From: Candidatus Poribacteria bacterium
Lineage (GTDB): Bacteria > Poribacteria > WGA-4E > WGA-3G
Assembly: GCA_965197475.1 (NCBI GenBank)
Contig: CBDANF010000003.1
Span: 992,001-1,056,000 of the forward strand
Direction: 5' to 3'
DNA length: 64,000 nt
In this document: positions 9,728-20,683 of the stretch, piece by piece
Layout of the letters: the number at the start of each line of letters is the position of its first letter
Numbering within the stretch: position 1 is the first letter of the stretch
Position numbers and translations under genes: made by a program
Notes under the pieces: model-generated
Told to the model about the DNA's origin: nothing
Databases searched by the model: none
The model's input: only the letters and a program-made list of their open reading frames with translations

Positions 9728-11368
9728 ATGCGGTTTTATGCATGGCTACTACTCATAGGATGTGTAATCAGTTACGGATGTGCATCTGTTGAAATTGATG
9801 AGGTAATTTTAGAAACACAACTTCAAAATGGACAGAAGGCAATTTCGAACGCAGCAGAATTGAATGCCGAACAGTTAGCAACTGACGAATACAGTCGTGC
9901 TGTCAAACTTTTAAAATTCGCCGGACAGGCACAAGAGCGCGGAGAAATTGCCCAAAGCATGGAATTCGCATATCAAGCAGAACTTGTTGCACAAATCGCT
10001 TTATATAAAGCAAAACAACAACAGGCACGCGCGCAGCTCATTGCAATTCGAGAACAGATGTACCAAGAGGTGATAACAGAAAAAGACTATGAGATAGAAA
10101 TGGTAAAGATTCGAAATGAGATAAAAGCTTTGGAAATTGCGCAAGCGTTGAAAGAGGTTGAGAGTGAAAAACAACGTGCTGGTTCACTCTCAACGGATCT
10201 AACGGAGACAAAAGACGCTCTTCGGCATGCAGAAATTCGCGTGCCGATCTCCGGCGCAGAAATCCTTGTCACCATTGCGAAACAGATATATCCTGAAATT
10301 GTAGAGACCGCAGAGTACGAACGTGTCCAATCAACAATTGCTTTAGCAACATCGCATCTGGAGCGAAAGGAGTTCACTGAGGCAGAAAAAGTTTCAACAG
10401 ACGCACAAACACAAGCTAACAAGCTCTTTGAACAAGCAATTCAGTTTCAGAAGCTCCGTGCAGCAGCCGAAACGACAGCTCTTATTGCCATTGAACGCGC
10501 ACAGCTTAAAATCCAGCGCGCAGAATCTCTGAATGCAGAGACACACGCTCCACAACAACTTCAAAAATCACGTAACGAATTGGACAACGCGAAAAAAGCG
10601 TTACAGGAAAACCGTTATGAAGAAGCTCGTCAGAACGCTGAAAAGGCTGAGCAGGTAACAGACGCGGTGATTACAATTTCAGAAGTTGCTGAATACCGCA
10701 GGCGAGCACAGCAGGAACTTACAGCAAAGATTAAAAAGGCAGAAAGTGCTGTAGCATCCGTCAAAGCAGCAGTAACAGAACAAGCACAAACCAAAGTGCC
10801 GCAGTTTGCACCACAACTGTATGAACTGGCTGCTTCAGCACTCACAACTGCCGAATCAGCACTCGCAAAAAAGGAGTACTCAGCTGCTATTGACGCTGCA
10901 CAACAAAGTCATGATTACCTGCAACGCGCTATTGAAAAGACAAAACAGCAGAATTCTGCTCAAACAACCCTGGTTGAGGCAACAAAACAAATTCCAAAAG
11001 CTGCCATTATAGAACGCGAGGAAGGTGTGATAATCAGAATTAGTGGTAACCTATTTGCGACTACAAGCACACGTTTAAAAGAGGAATTTTTCCCAACCTT
11101 TATGAAACTTGCATCTATATTGCTACAAGATGAATTCAAAGACTACGTTGTCAGAATTGAAGGGCATAGCGATTCGCTTGGGGATGCCAGAGAAAATCAA
11201 GCGTTAAGTGAAAAGCGAGCAAACTCGGTGAAAACGTTCCTCATTGGAAAAGGAAAAGTCCCAGCAAAACGCTTGACCGCTGCAGGTTTAGGCGAATCCC
11301 AGCCAATTGATAAGAATTCACAAGAAAAAAACCGCAGAATTGATATAGTTATCAGTAAAACACCATGA
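9728..11368 (+). CDS. Lipoprotein with repeated DUF4398-like helical domains and C-terminal OmpA-like peptidoglycan-binding domain
   Basis: SYGC lipobox; IEGHSD...NQALSEKRANSV...GLGESQP...NRRIDI. Confidence 0.8.
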   Translation: MRFYAWLLLIGCVISYGCASVEIDEVILETQLQNGQKAISNAAELNAEQLATDEYSRAVKLLKFAGQAQERGEIAQSMEFAYQAELVAQIALYKAKQQQARAQLIAIREQMYQEVITEKDYEIEMVKIRNEIKALEIAQALKEVESEKQRAGSLSTDLTETKDALRHAEIRVPISGAEILVTIAKQIYPEIVETAEYERVQSTIALATSHLERKEFTEAEKVSTDAQTQANKLFEQAIQFQKLRAAAETTALIAIERAQLKIQRAESLNAETHAPQQLQKSRNELDNAKKALQENRYEEARQNAEKAEQVTDAVITISEVAEYRRRAQQELTAKIKKAESAVASVKAAVTEQAQTKVPQFAPQLYELAASALTTAESALAKKEYSAAIDAAQQSHDYLQRAIEKTKQQNSAQTTLVEATKQIPKAAIIEREEGVIIRISGNLFATTSTRLKEEFFPTFMKLASILLQDEFKDYVVRIEGHSDSLGDARENQALSEKRANSVKTFLIGKGKVPAKRLTAAGLGESQPIDKNSQEKNRRIDIVISKTP

Positions 11369-11426
11369 TGCTCAACCCTCAGGCAACAACATACCGCGCC
11401 AATAATTACGAAGGTAAGCACAAGCA

Positions 11427-11708
11427 TTGCGTAATTTAGAAATTGAACCTTATGTCGTCAATCAGATTGCACAAAACTTGTTTGGTGACCGGTACATCAT
11501 CATCTATGGAAGCACAATTCAGTTCCACAACCATTGTTACCACGTTCGCACTATTGAATTTACAAAACACCCCCATAGGGGATGTTACTATTTACAGGAC
11601 GCGAATACGGACTTAGCCCTGTGGGACGACATGGCATTCGCGCCACCAGGGTACTATGGCATGATTTTTGAACCACAGACAGGCGAGATTATTGATTGCG
11701 AACCGTAA
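11427..11708 (+). CDS. Hypothetical small protein
   Basis: 93-aa ORF with protein-like composition filling a gap; TTG start uncertain. Confidence 0.55.
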   Translation: MRNLEIEPYVVNQIAQNLFGDRYIIIYGSTIQFHNHCYHVRTIEFTKHPHRGCYYLQDANTDLALWDDMAFAPPGYYGMIFEPQTGEIIDCEP

Positions 11709-11836
11709 CAATGAATTGTCAACCATACCCACAATTTCTATCAAAGCCTAATTATAGGAAATTACCGAACCAATTCTAAAATTTCATACTGGCAATTCTG
11801 CCCGAATATCCATTATCTAAAAAACGGAGAAAAGAC

Positions 11837-13378
11837 ATGAAGCGAGACGCGATTGTCGTTTTAGACTTTGGCTCGCAATATACGCAGTTAATTGCTCGGC
11901 GCATTCGGGAACAGCGAGTTTACTGTGAGATTCAACCCTATACTTTGCCGCTTGCTGATATTGAAAAGATGGCACCAAAAGGGATTATCCTTTCCGGTGG
12001 TCCCGCCAGCGTCTACGAGGCAGATGCCCCAAAGATAGATGCTGCACTTTTCACACTCGACATCCCAGTTTTGGGTATCTGCTACGGTATGCAACTTATC
12101 GCTTTTCTATCAGAGGGAGGCATGGTTCTTCCTGCCACTGAGCGAGAATACGGAAACGCACAACTCAAAGTAGAAACCACAGCAGAACCACTATTTTCAG
12201 GGCTGCCATCGGAAGTGTCTGCGTGGATGAGCCATGGGGATAGGATTGACAAACTTCCTGACGGGTTCCGCACAATTGCCCAAACCCTGAACTCGCCTAT
12301 CGCCGCAATGGTCAATTCGGATGGCACGCTATACGGATTACAATTCCACCCTGAAGTTGAGCATACAAGAGATGCCGACAAAATCCTCCACAACTTTGTC
12401 CGACATATCTGTGGCTGTGAAGCAAGTTGGACGATGGATACGTTTATTGCAGAAGCCACAGCACACATCCGAGCAACGGTGAAAGACGAAAGGGTACTGT
12501 GTGCGGTCAGTGGAGGCATAGATTCGATGGTGCTTGCGACACTGCTCCATCAGGCTATAGGTGATGCGTTAGTGCCTGTTTTTGTAGATAACGGACTGCT
12601 CCGCCAAAATGAGGCTGAAGAGGTGTTGGCAACATGCAAAAGCCTTGGTATACAAATTGAATTTGTGGATGCGACAGAATCTTTTTTGAATGCTTTAGCT
12701 GGGGTCGTTAACCCTGAACAGAAACGAAAAGTCATCGGTGCACAGTTCATTGAGACCTTCAGAGCAAAATTGAAGCAGCTTGGGCATTGTCACTTTCTCG
12801 CGCAAGGCACACTCTACCCAGATGTTATAGAAAGCGTCTCTATTAAGGGCCCCTCCGCAACGATTAAAACACATCACAATGTCGGCGGACTTCCTCCCGA
12901 CATGCCGTTTGAGCTAATTGAACCTTTCCGTGAACTTTTCAAGGACGAGGTGCGAGCAGTCGGTGCCGAACTGAATGTCCCACCGCATGTACTTGGTAGA
13001 CATCCGTTTCCTGGACCGGGGCTTGCTGTCCGAATTATCGGTGAGGTAACGCCAGAAAGATTGGTGGTGCTCCGCTTAGCCGATGCGATTTTTATCCATG
13101 AAATCAAAGAAGCAGGGTTGTACGATGAAATTTGGCAGGCATTGGTAGTTCTTTTACCGGTTAAAAGCGTCGGTGTGATGGGAGATGAGCGGACGTACGA
13201 AAATGCGGTTGCCTTACGTGCTGTTACCAGCAGTGATGCAATGACGGCAGATTGGGCGAGAATCCCTGATGATGTTTTAGCAAGAATTTCTACCCGAATC
13301 ATTAACGAGGTACAGGGGATTAATCGCGTCGTTTACGATATTAGTTCAAAGCCCCCAAGCACAATTGAATGGGAGTAA
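11837..13378 (+). CDS. guaA: GMP synthase (glutamine-hydrolysing)
   Basis: [47 protein letters not shown]. Confidence 0.98.
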   Translation: MKRDAIVVLDFGSQYTQLIARRIREQRVYCEIQPYTLPLADIEKMAPKGIILSGGPASVYEADAPKIDAALFTLDIPVLGICYGMQLIAFLSEGGMVLPATEREYGNAQLKVETTAEPLFSGLPSEVSAWMSHGDRIDKLPDGFRTIAQTLNSPIAAMVNSDGTLYGLQFHPEVEHTRDADKILHNFVRHICGCEASWTMDTFIAEATAHIRATVKDERVLCAVSGGIDSMVLATLLHQAIGDALVPVFVDNGLLRQNEAEEVLATCKSLGIQIEFVDATESFLNALAGVVNPEQKRKVIGAQFIETFRAKLKQLGHCHFLAQGTLYPDVIESVSIKGPSATIKTHHNVGGLPPDMPFELIEPFRELFKDEVRAVGAELNVPPHVLGRHPFPGPGLAVRIIGEVTPERLVVLRLADAIFIHEIKEAGLYDEIWQALVVLLPVKSVGVMGDERTYENAVALRAVTSSDAMTADWARIPDDVLARISTRIINEVQGINRVVYDISSKPPSTIEWE

Positions 13379-13383
13379 TTCGG

Positions 13384-14229
13384 ATGAAAGTCCGAAACTA
13401 CACGGATATCGCAGATCGCATTTTGGTTGCTCTCGGAAAGTCTGATCGTCTCACTGTCTGGTATCAGGCATATACTGCTCCCACTTCAGCACTGCTAAAG
13501 GATTCGTCTTATCCATTATACTGCGTACATTACGCTGCGAAGCAAGCGAATGCCGCCTTGATTTATGTTTCTGCAGGTATCCACGGCGATGAACCTGCGG
13601 GAGTTGAATGTGCAATGCACCTAATTGAACTACTCGCCGATAACCGCCAACATCATAATTTCCCATTAGACGCATACAACTGGCTCATCTCACCTTGCGA
13701 TAACCCGTACGGGTATGAACGAGACATCCGTGAAAATGCTGAGGGTCTTGACCTTAATCGGATGTTTGAAACGCCAAACCGATGCCCAGAAACAGCGTTC
13801 ATCGCAGAATCACTCCTGCGTACACAATCCCCGCACGTGCAAAAACAACCAAACCACAATACTATAGGAAAAGGGCTTGCAATTGAACTCGCGCTGGACT
13901 TGCATGAAGATAAAGATAGTAACGGATTTTATCTGTGGGAACGCCGCCTTTCAGAATGTCTTCCGATCAGCGGTGCGGTGGTGAAAAATGTTGAAGGGCT
14001 ATGTGCTATCAATAGAGAACCGTTCATAGAAGATCATCATAACGAAAATGGGGTGATAACACTACTTGATACAGTTACGTCTAAAGGATGGACACGCGGC
14101 AGATATTTAGTCGAACACGTAAATACGCGGTGCCTAATTCTCGAAACACCAACGCAGTTAGATTGGGAAACACGCATCGGAGTCCACATGATGGCTGTCC
14201 AAACAGCAGCCAAACATGCTTCGCAATGA
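13384..14229 (+). CDS. M14 metallocarboxypeptidase / succinylglutamate desuccinylase family protein
   Basis: AGIHGDEPAG, DLNR, LDLHED, LETP. Confidence 0.85.
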   Translation: MKVRNYTDIADRILVALGKSDRLTVWYQAYTAPTSALLKDSSYPLYCVHYAAKQANAALIYVSAGIHGDEPAGVECAMHLIELLADNRQHHNFPLDAYNWLISPCDNPYGYERDIRENAEGLDLNRMFETPNRCPETAFIAESLLRTQSPHVQKQPNHNTIGKGLAIELALDLHEDKDSNGFYLWERRLSECLPISGAVVKNVEGLCAINREPFIEDHHNENGVITLLDTVTSKGWTRGRYLVEHVNTRCLILETPTQLDWETRIGVHMMAVQTAAKHASQ

Positions 14230-14291
14230 TTATAATCAGGCACCGCACACAATTTCTTGTCCGCACCATACCCGCGTAGCTCAAAGTTTTG

Positions 14292-15473
14292 TTACGTTGA
14301 GCTGTTCTGATAAACCGCCGCAGCGGCACTCACAGCTGTCCCAACATCAACACTGCATCCGAATTCAATAAGTAGTTTCTCAATTGCGTTTAAAACGAGT
14401 AGGACATTCTGTTCGTTAGCTGCGTCTCCCATAAGCCCAATCCGCCATGCTTTTCCGGCAAAGATACCCAACCCACCTCCAATTTCAATGCTATAATCTT
14501 GAATAAGGCGTTTTCGGACGGTTACATCGTCAATTCCATCAGGGATACGCAGTGTGGTTAGCATCGGGGCACGATGATTTTCTGTAGCGGCGGGTTGTAA
14601 ACCGATTGCTTCTGCACCTACGATTAAAGCACGAGCGTTACGTTCATGTCGTTGATAGCGTGCGGATTCTCCCTCCTCTATCACAATCCGAAGTGCTTCG
14701 CGTAGCGCATAAACAAGCGACATTGATAAGGTGTGGTGATATTTCCGTGTGTCCCCTATCCAATACTCTTCAAGCAATGTCATATCCAAATAGAAACTCT
14801 GAATCTTCGTTTTTCGGTTCCGAATTACTTCAACTGCCCGATCACTGAAACTGATCGGGGAAAGTCCAGGAGGACCTGCAAGGCATTTCTGTGTGCAACT
14901 GTAGGCGATGTCAATACCACGTGCATCTAACTCAACTGGTTGCCCACCCAGCGATGTGACGCAATCTGCAAGAAACAACGCTCCTTTTTGATGCGCAATT
15001 TCTATTATTTGCTCTAAGGGTTGTAGAACACCGGTAGAGGTTTCAGCGTGAACTACAGCCACAAGTTTCGGTGTAACTTTGTCGCATGCTTCAGCGATCT
15101 GTTCCGGTTCAATGATATTTCCCCATTCGGAGTGGACAGGTGTAACGATCGCGCCACACCGTTCCGCAATATCCGCTATTCTACCTCCAAAATAGCCGTT
15201 TACCCCTACAATTACAGTATCCCCCGGTTCTATAATATTAGTGAGTGCTGCTTCCATTCCTGCGGTACCGGTACCAGAGACAGGAAAAGTTAGGGTATTT
15301 TTAGTACCATAGACTTGACGTAACATGTCGACGGTATCGTCCATTACGTTCACAAAATCAGAATCTAAATACCCAAGCATGGGGGTTGTCATTGCTTTGA
15401 GTACACGCGGGTTCGCTATGCTCGGTCCTGGACCGAGTAAGATGCGCGGAGGCACTCTCAATTCATTATCCAC
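14292..15473 (-). CDS. Alanine-glyoxylate / serine-pyruvate aminotransferase (class V)
   Basis: LLGPGPS, VHAETSTGV, DCVTSLGG, SCTQKCL (PLP lysine). Confidence 0.92.
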   Translation of the reverse strand: MDNELRVPPRILLGPGPSIANPRVLKAMTTPMLGYLDSDFVNVMDDTVDMLRQVYGTKNTLTFPVSGTGTAGMEAALTNIIEPGDTVIVGVNGYFGGRIADIAERCGAIVTPVHSEWGNIIEPEQIAEACDKVTPKLVAVVHAETSTGVLQPLEQIIEIAHQKGALFLADCVTSLGGQPVELDARGIDIAYSCTQKCLAGPPGLSPISFSDRAVEVIRNRKTKIQSFYLDMTLLEEYWIGDTRKYHHTLSMSLVYALREALRIVIEEGESARYQRHERNARALIVGAEAIGLQPAATENHRAPMLTTLRIPDGIDDVTVRKRLIQDYSIEIGGGLGIFAGKAWRIGLMGDAANEQNVLLVLNAIEKLLIEFGCSVDVGTAVSAAAAVYQNSST

Positions 15474-15720
15474 TTTTCTCTAACTCCTCTAATTGTCTTT
15501 TATGCTCTCGCAGCCTTGCTACAAGATGGTCACTATAGTAGATTTTACAACTTAAGATACACCGTTGATCGGCACTTACAAGGCGCGCCTACCAATAGAT
15601 GTCTACCTACTTGTTTTGATATTTTACTATAATTCGGTCTATAAGGATAGCTGACAATTTGTCAATTAGATACGGTATAATATCGTTTATGAACTACTTT
15701 TGCCCTACGTACTAAAATAG

Positions 15721-15751
15721 GATAGGGACAGGCATAGGACCTGTCCCTACA
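15721..15751. repeat. GTAG-type REP palindrome / possible terminator after the TPR gene
   Basis: tagggacagg-catagga-cctgtccctac. Related ...GCGCGCCTAC motifs near 9268 and 15582. Confidence 0.6.
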
Positions 15752-15785
15752 AAATTGGAATACAGTTGTTCTTTATCCCAAGTTA

Positions 15786-18700
15786 TTAGTTTCCGTCCTC
15801 AGGAGGAGATTGCCGTTCCGGAATGTTATTAGCTCGCATGTAAGCTTGAATCTCACTTGCCTTAAGAATACAGTAATTAATTACCTCTTCAACCTGAGGA
15901 TCCGGGGGTTTTGTGGTTGGATATTTCTTAGGCAAGAAGTTGAAGTAATACAATGCATCGGCATAATAGTTTTCCTCTTTATCCGCGAGTATTGTATATG
16001 CTTCACCTAACTTACCGTAAGAAAGATCGCCATACTTAGTAGTTGGATATGCTTTCGTGATTCCCTTGAAAAGTTCAATTGCTGCTTCAATGTCAGACTT
16101 TTTGGCAGCTTTTTGAGCTTTCCCAAGCGATGTAGTAGCATACTTATATTCATTATGTGCAAGGAAACTGGCGGTCTCATTAATAAAACTCTGCGCAGTG
16201 TTTTTCGACTCTGAGCTGAGTCCAGGTGCAGCCAGCGCACGCTCATAGTTCTCAATCGCCAGTCGGAATAGACGAATTTGATCGATTTGTTCCAGATCTT
16301 TATCCAACGCGGCATTATAGTGCTTATTGCCGATATTGATAAACGCTTCACCAGCAAACTTGCTATTCTTAAATTCCTTGACAAGGATCTCGTTTGTTGC
16401 AAAGAGTTTGTCAAGGTATGCTTTTTCAGTACTTGCATCACCTGCATCTTTCGCAGCTTCAGAGAGATATTGATAGCAAGTCGCAATGGCATATAAGGAT
16501 TCAGGGGCTTTTTCATGCGATTTGTTAACCCGTCTGACCTTATCGTATTCAACAATAGCCTTTTTAAACTGCTCGGTTGTATAATATGCCTCGCCCGCCT
16601 GATACTGCCAGAGCGCAGCATCTTTGGCATTCGGATAACGTTTAACCAAATCAGTGAAAATCTTAGCCGACTTTTCAAAGTGAGCTACAGCTTGAGGAGA
16701 CATCTCTTCATCTAAACCTACTTGCATCCGGCCAAGGTCAAAGTTCGCAGATGCTAAGTAGTATAATGCAGTCTCCACGTTTCCCATAAGATCATTTGAG
16801 GCAGGGAATATACCTGCATCCGCATACGTTACAAACGCTGTAAGCGGATCAATGGCAAGCAACAACTCTTCCCGTTGTCTAAAACCAACACCGACAGAAT
16901 AGTAAATCTGGCCGGCTTGGAAAAGCGACCTCTCCACATACGGAATAACGGTCTGTTTATCCGCTTTCTCTACCGGTGTAGCAATTTTGTTGACTTCAAA
17001 GAAAACAGCGGCTGCTTGTCCGCTCGTATCAATGTAAGGCCCCGCTTCAAACCCTGGTTCTGGCTCACCAGGCAAGAGGGAGCGCGCTTTATCAGAATAG
17101 AGGTACCCAAGAGTATATTGCGCAGCGACTTTCTGTGTAACAGTCGCGGTCGGACTTGACTTGAGTCCTTCTACCGAACTAACCGCTTCAGCAATAGCTT
17201 CATCTAAGCGTCCCAATTTGACGTACAGTTCAGAACGACGGAGGCCAGCATCAGCCACCATAGAAGCAACACTAGTATTCTGTTCCGCCCCATAGTTGGC
17301 TATTAGATTCTGGAACACTTCCAACGCCTTATCAAGCTGATTTACTTTTTCCTGATAAATCAAGCCCATCCTGTAGTAGGATTGCGCCTTAACCACGTTA
17401 TCAGCCAATTCAATTGCCTTCTGATAATTTTTCAATGCCTCATCATACACCTTAAGGTGCTCATCTTGGGCATACGCCATTGCGAAGTAGGAGCGTCCAC
17501 GTAGGTCATCTTCTTCGCTATTAGCGATAATGTATTGATACTCTTTGACAGCGGAGGCATAGTCACCTACACTACTGTGTAATTCCGCCAGCCTTGAGTG
17601 TGCTTGAGAGATGAGATTCTTGCGTGCTTCGTCTTCCGTTTGACCTTCAAGGGCTGTGACCCGCATAAATGCTTCAATTGCAGCTTTCGTGTCTTTCAGT
17701 CCTAACTTTGCCAAACCGAGCGTATAGCCTGCACTGATGAGGTTGTCAACGTTATCTGTCATCTCCGCGACCTTCTCTGCTTCACTTGCAGCATTGGTAT
17801 AGGCCGCCTGAGCGGATTTGGCATCTTCTGCTTTTAGTGCTATCTGGTAATAACAGACAGCAGCTTGATATTGAGCACTTGGCGCAATTTCGCTTTTTGG
17901 AAAACTTTCGACAAGCACTTTATATGCAGCGAGAGCTTCCTGATAGCGTTCTTTGCTGTAGTAAGTATGCCCGATTTTGAGCTGTGATTGAATACGAGTA
18001 TCTTCAGGGACTCCAGAGTTATCAATAATTTGTTGCAGATTCGCGATGAGACCATCAATATCATCAGCATTCGTGTTCTCAAGAGCAGTTGCTTTGATGA
18101 GGTCAATATTACCGAGTGTCCGGAGAACCAGTTCATCGGTACTGTCAGCAAATTTTGCACTGGCAGCATCCACTGTCTCAAGAAGGAGTGACCACTTGGA
18201 GGTATCACCACGTTTTTGGGCGGCATCCCGATAGACTGAAACCAAGCCGTAATAGGCGTCAATAGCATTAGGACTGTCACCATGCTCAGCAATAACTTGA
18301 TTGAAAGCCGCTACGGCATTCTCTTCCAACTCCGGTTTTTCGGATGAAGCATGGTAATAGCAGAGACCCACGAGGTATAGCGCGTCATCCGCATATTCAC
18401 CTGTCGGATCTCCATCAACGACAGCTTGATATTGGACAGCCGCTTGTTCAAACTGTCCTTCGGCACGTAGCAGATCTGCAAGCTTAATTTCCGCCAATGA
18501 ACGGTTGTTTTTATCTGTTAGTTTTGTCAAGATTGAATCGTAGTAACTGATAGCTTCGGTTTTGTCTCCCTGCTTCACATAACTATTTGCGGTGAGCAGA
18601 AGAGCCCGTTCATAGTAGTTACTCGTATCAGGTATTATCGCGTAACGTTGCCGCGCTGCATCCCATGCACCAAGCATTTCGTGTGAGAGTGCCTCGTTCA

Positions 18701-20495
18701 TCAAACATGCCTGAACCTGGTCAACCCGTTCATCAAAATCTTGATAACGCCCTTCACTAATACCAGGAAGAAACGCTTCATCCGAAAACATGCTGATAGC
18801 ATTTTGGTATGCTGCTACAGATTTTTGAAGGTGATCTGTATTGAAATCCGAGGAGGGATCACCTTCTTGATAACCTTCAGGTTTAGCAGCTTCATAGTAG
18901 GAGCGACCTTCAAAGAATTTTCCCATCAACTTGACAAGGTGGAACTTGGGAAGTGGGCGATAGTCCCACAACTTGGCGTATTCTTCTGCAGCTGCAACGT
19001 ATTGCTTAAATTCAGTCCGTTTAATGTCTGCCAAACTGAATTGCACCTCAGCGGCAAGGATATCAAACTCGTTATCGTTTTTGTTCTTTTCAATAAACTC
19101 GTGGGCAACTTTTTCCAGTTCTTCCTTGCGTCCTAAGTCGTTCAGTGTCCAGATTGCGCCATATAACGCATGCGGCGTGACAGAGTTTTCTGGAAAATCG
19201 TCAATGGTTTGTTGGTACCATTGTAACGCGAGCTCAAGGGTGGCATTTGATTCTTCGGTCTCGCCAGCTTCGCGCTGATTGGTCCCAAGTTTGTAATATG
19301 CTTCCCCTACTTGGAAAGAACTGTAAAGTGTATAATTCAGTTCTGCGCTTTCTTCGCCTTCAAGTTCACCCTTTTCGTGTTCAATAACCAATTGATACGA
19401 ATCGACTGCCTCGCTCCAGCGTTTCAATCGGAATAGGCAATCGGCTATGCCAAGTTTAGCATCACCAATGAAGGTGCTTTCTGGATATTCATCAAGCAGT
19501 TTCGTGTAGGCGAGGATAGCGTTTTCATAATCCTCTTGATCAAAGTATGTTTGACCAATAGCAGACTGAATTTCGGATTGGAGTCCTCGGTCCGCAGTAT
19601 TTTGCAATGCTAACTCGTAGTTAACGCGTGCGTTGTCGTAGTCTTGCTGTTTAGCATAGATCGAACCTTGGTCAAAGTATGCTGCAGTAACGAGATTATG
19701 ATCCGGAAATTGTGTGATGAAGTTTGTATACCGACTGATCGCCTCATCAAGTCTGTTTAGTTGGTTCAAACAGAAAGCAGCTTTATACATCGCTTCGGCT
19801 TGAAGATCGGGATAGTTCTTAAAGTCTTCGGTATCAAATTTATCGAATTCTGGGAAAGCTTGCTCATACGCTCTTTCATCAAGGAACGATTGGGCGATGA
19901 GAAGTTGAGCATCGTCCTTGAATTCAGAATTAGGAAAGCCAACAAGGATGCTATTAAAGGCTGTTCGAGACTCCTCAAAGTTTTGCAACTTATAGTTCAA
20001 TTGCCCGATAGCGTACCATGCGTTCTCTACCTGGAGACTGTTCGGAAAGTTTTCAATTAACTGTTTGAATTTGGCTTCTGCAAGTGGATATTTCTCTGTT
20101 CGATACAGAATATGTCCCCAGAGGTATGTTAACCCTTCTTGGTGTTTAGCAATAGTTGCATTAGGAGCAACTTTTTCAATGAATTGTATCGCAGTTTCAA
20201 AATGATTGACATCCCCTGTCTTTTCGGCAAGTCGCGAATAAGCAACTGCAATTTTAAAATTGGCGAGGGTTTTGAAATCCTTGTCAATCACTGCGGTTTT
20301 CACACCGCGTTTCTTTGATTCTTCAAGTGCTTCAGTATACTTAGCGATCGCCCCTTCATAGTCTGCTTGCCCAGATAACTCTTCAGCTGCTCGGAAGAGT
20401 TCCTCTACCTTTTTGGAACTACCCATCATAAAAGGTGAGAGGAGTGCAACCACTAAGGCGAGACCACCAATAATGCCCAAAATTTTTGGATTCAT
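15786..20495 (-). CDS. Giant membrane-anchored tetratricopeptide repeat protein (BamD/CpoB-like TPR arrays)
   Basis: N-terminal hydrophobic helix and many repeats of the type A...Y..LI..FP.S...AWY.IG. Confidence 0.85.
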   Translation of the reverse strand: MNPKILGIIGGLALVVALLSPFMMGSSKKVEELFRAAEELSGQADYEGAIAKYTEALEESKKRGVKTAVIDKDFKTLANFKIAVAYSRLAEKTGDVNHFETAIQFIEKVAPNATIAKHQEGLTYLWGHILYRTEKYPLAEAKFKQLIENFPNSLQVENAWYAIGQLNYKLQNFEESRTAFNSILVGFPNSEFKDDAQLLIAQSFLDERAYEQAFPEFDKFDTEDFKNYPDLQAEAMYKAAFCLNQLNRLDEAISRYTNFITQFPDHNLVTAAYFDQGSIYAKQQDYDNARVNYELALQNTADRGLQSEIQSAIGQTYFDQEDYENAILAYTKLLDEYPESTFIGDAKLGIADCLFRLKRWSEAVDSYQLVIEHEKGELEGEESAELNYTLYSSFQVGEAYYKLGTNQREAGETEESNATLELALQWYQQTIDDFPENSVTPHALYGAIWTLNDLGRKEELEKVAHEFIEKNKNDNEFDILAAEVQFSLADIKRTEFKQYVAAAEEYAKLWDYRPLPKFHLVKLMGKFFEGRSYYEAAKPEGYQEGDPSSDFNTDHLQKSVAAYQNAISMFSDEAFLPGISEGRYQDFDERVDQVQACLMNEALSHEMLGAWDAARQRYAIIPDTSNYYERALLLTANSYVKQGDKTEAISYYDSILTKLTDKNNRSLAEIKLADLLRAEGQFEQAAVQYQAVVDGDPTGEYADDALYLVGLCYYHASSEKPELEENAVAAFNQVIAEHGDSPNAIDAYYGLVSVYRDAAQKRGDTSKWSLLLETVDAASAKFADSTDELVLRTLGNIDLIKATALENTNADDIDGLIANLQQIIDNSGVPEDTRIQSQLKIGHTYYSKERYQEALAAYKVLVESFPKSEIAPSAQYQAAVCYYQIALKAEDAKSAQAAYTNAASEAEKVAEMTDNVDNLISAGYTLGLAKLGLKDTKAAIEAFMRVTALEGQTEDEARKNLISQAHSRLAELHSSVGDYASAVKEYQYIIANSEEDDLRGRSYFAMAYAQDEHLKVYDEALKNYQKAIELADNVVKAQSYYRMGLIYQEKVNQLDKALEVFQNLIANYGAEQNTSVASMVADAGLRRSELYVKLGRLDEAIAEAVSSVEGLKSSPTATVTQKVAAQYTLGYLYSDKARSLLPGEPEPGFEAGPYIDTSGQAAAVFFEVNKIATPVEKADKQTVIPYVERSLFQAGQIYYSVGVGFRQREELLLAIDPLTAFVTYADAGIFPASNDLMGNVETALYYLASANFDLGRMQVGLDEEMSPQAVAHFEKSAKIFTDLVKRYPNAKDAALWQYQAGEAYYTTEQFKKAIVEYDKVRRVNKSHEKAPESLYAIATCYQYLSEAAKDAGDASTEKAYLDKLFATNEILVKEFKNSKFAGEAFINIGNKHYNAALDKDLEQIDQIRLFRLAIENYERALAAPGLSSESKNTAQSFINETASFLAHNEYKYATTSLGKAQKAAKKSDIEAAIELFKGITKAYPTTKYGDLSYGKLGEAYTILADKEENYYADALYYFNFLPKKYPTTKPPDPQVEEVINYCILKASEIQAYMRANNIPERQSPPEDGN

Positions 20496-20683
20496 TACAT
20501 TCTCCTTTAGAAATGAATAAAAGAAAACTATAGGGAAGCTGGAAAATTTTTCCGCCCCGTTGATTCTGTCAAAATATGAGCGGAATACGCAACCGCCCTG
20601 TTATTCTGCGAAATCCACCTTAGACAATAAATCAAGGTGATGCAGTGAAGCATTGCAAATGCCTCATTGATTTGAAATTTGGT

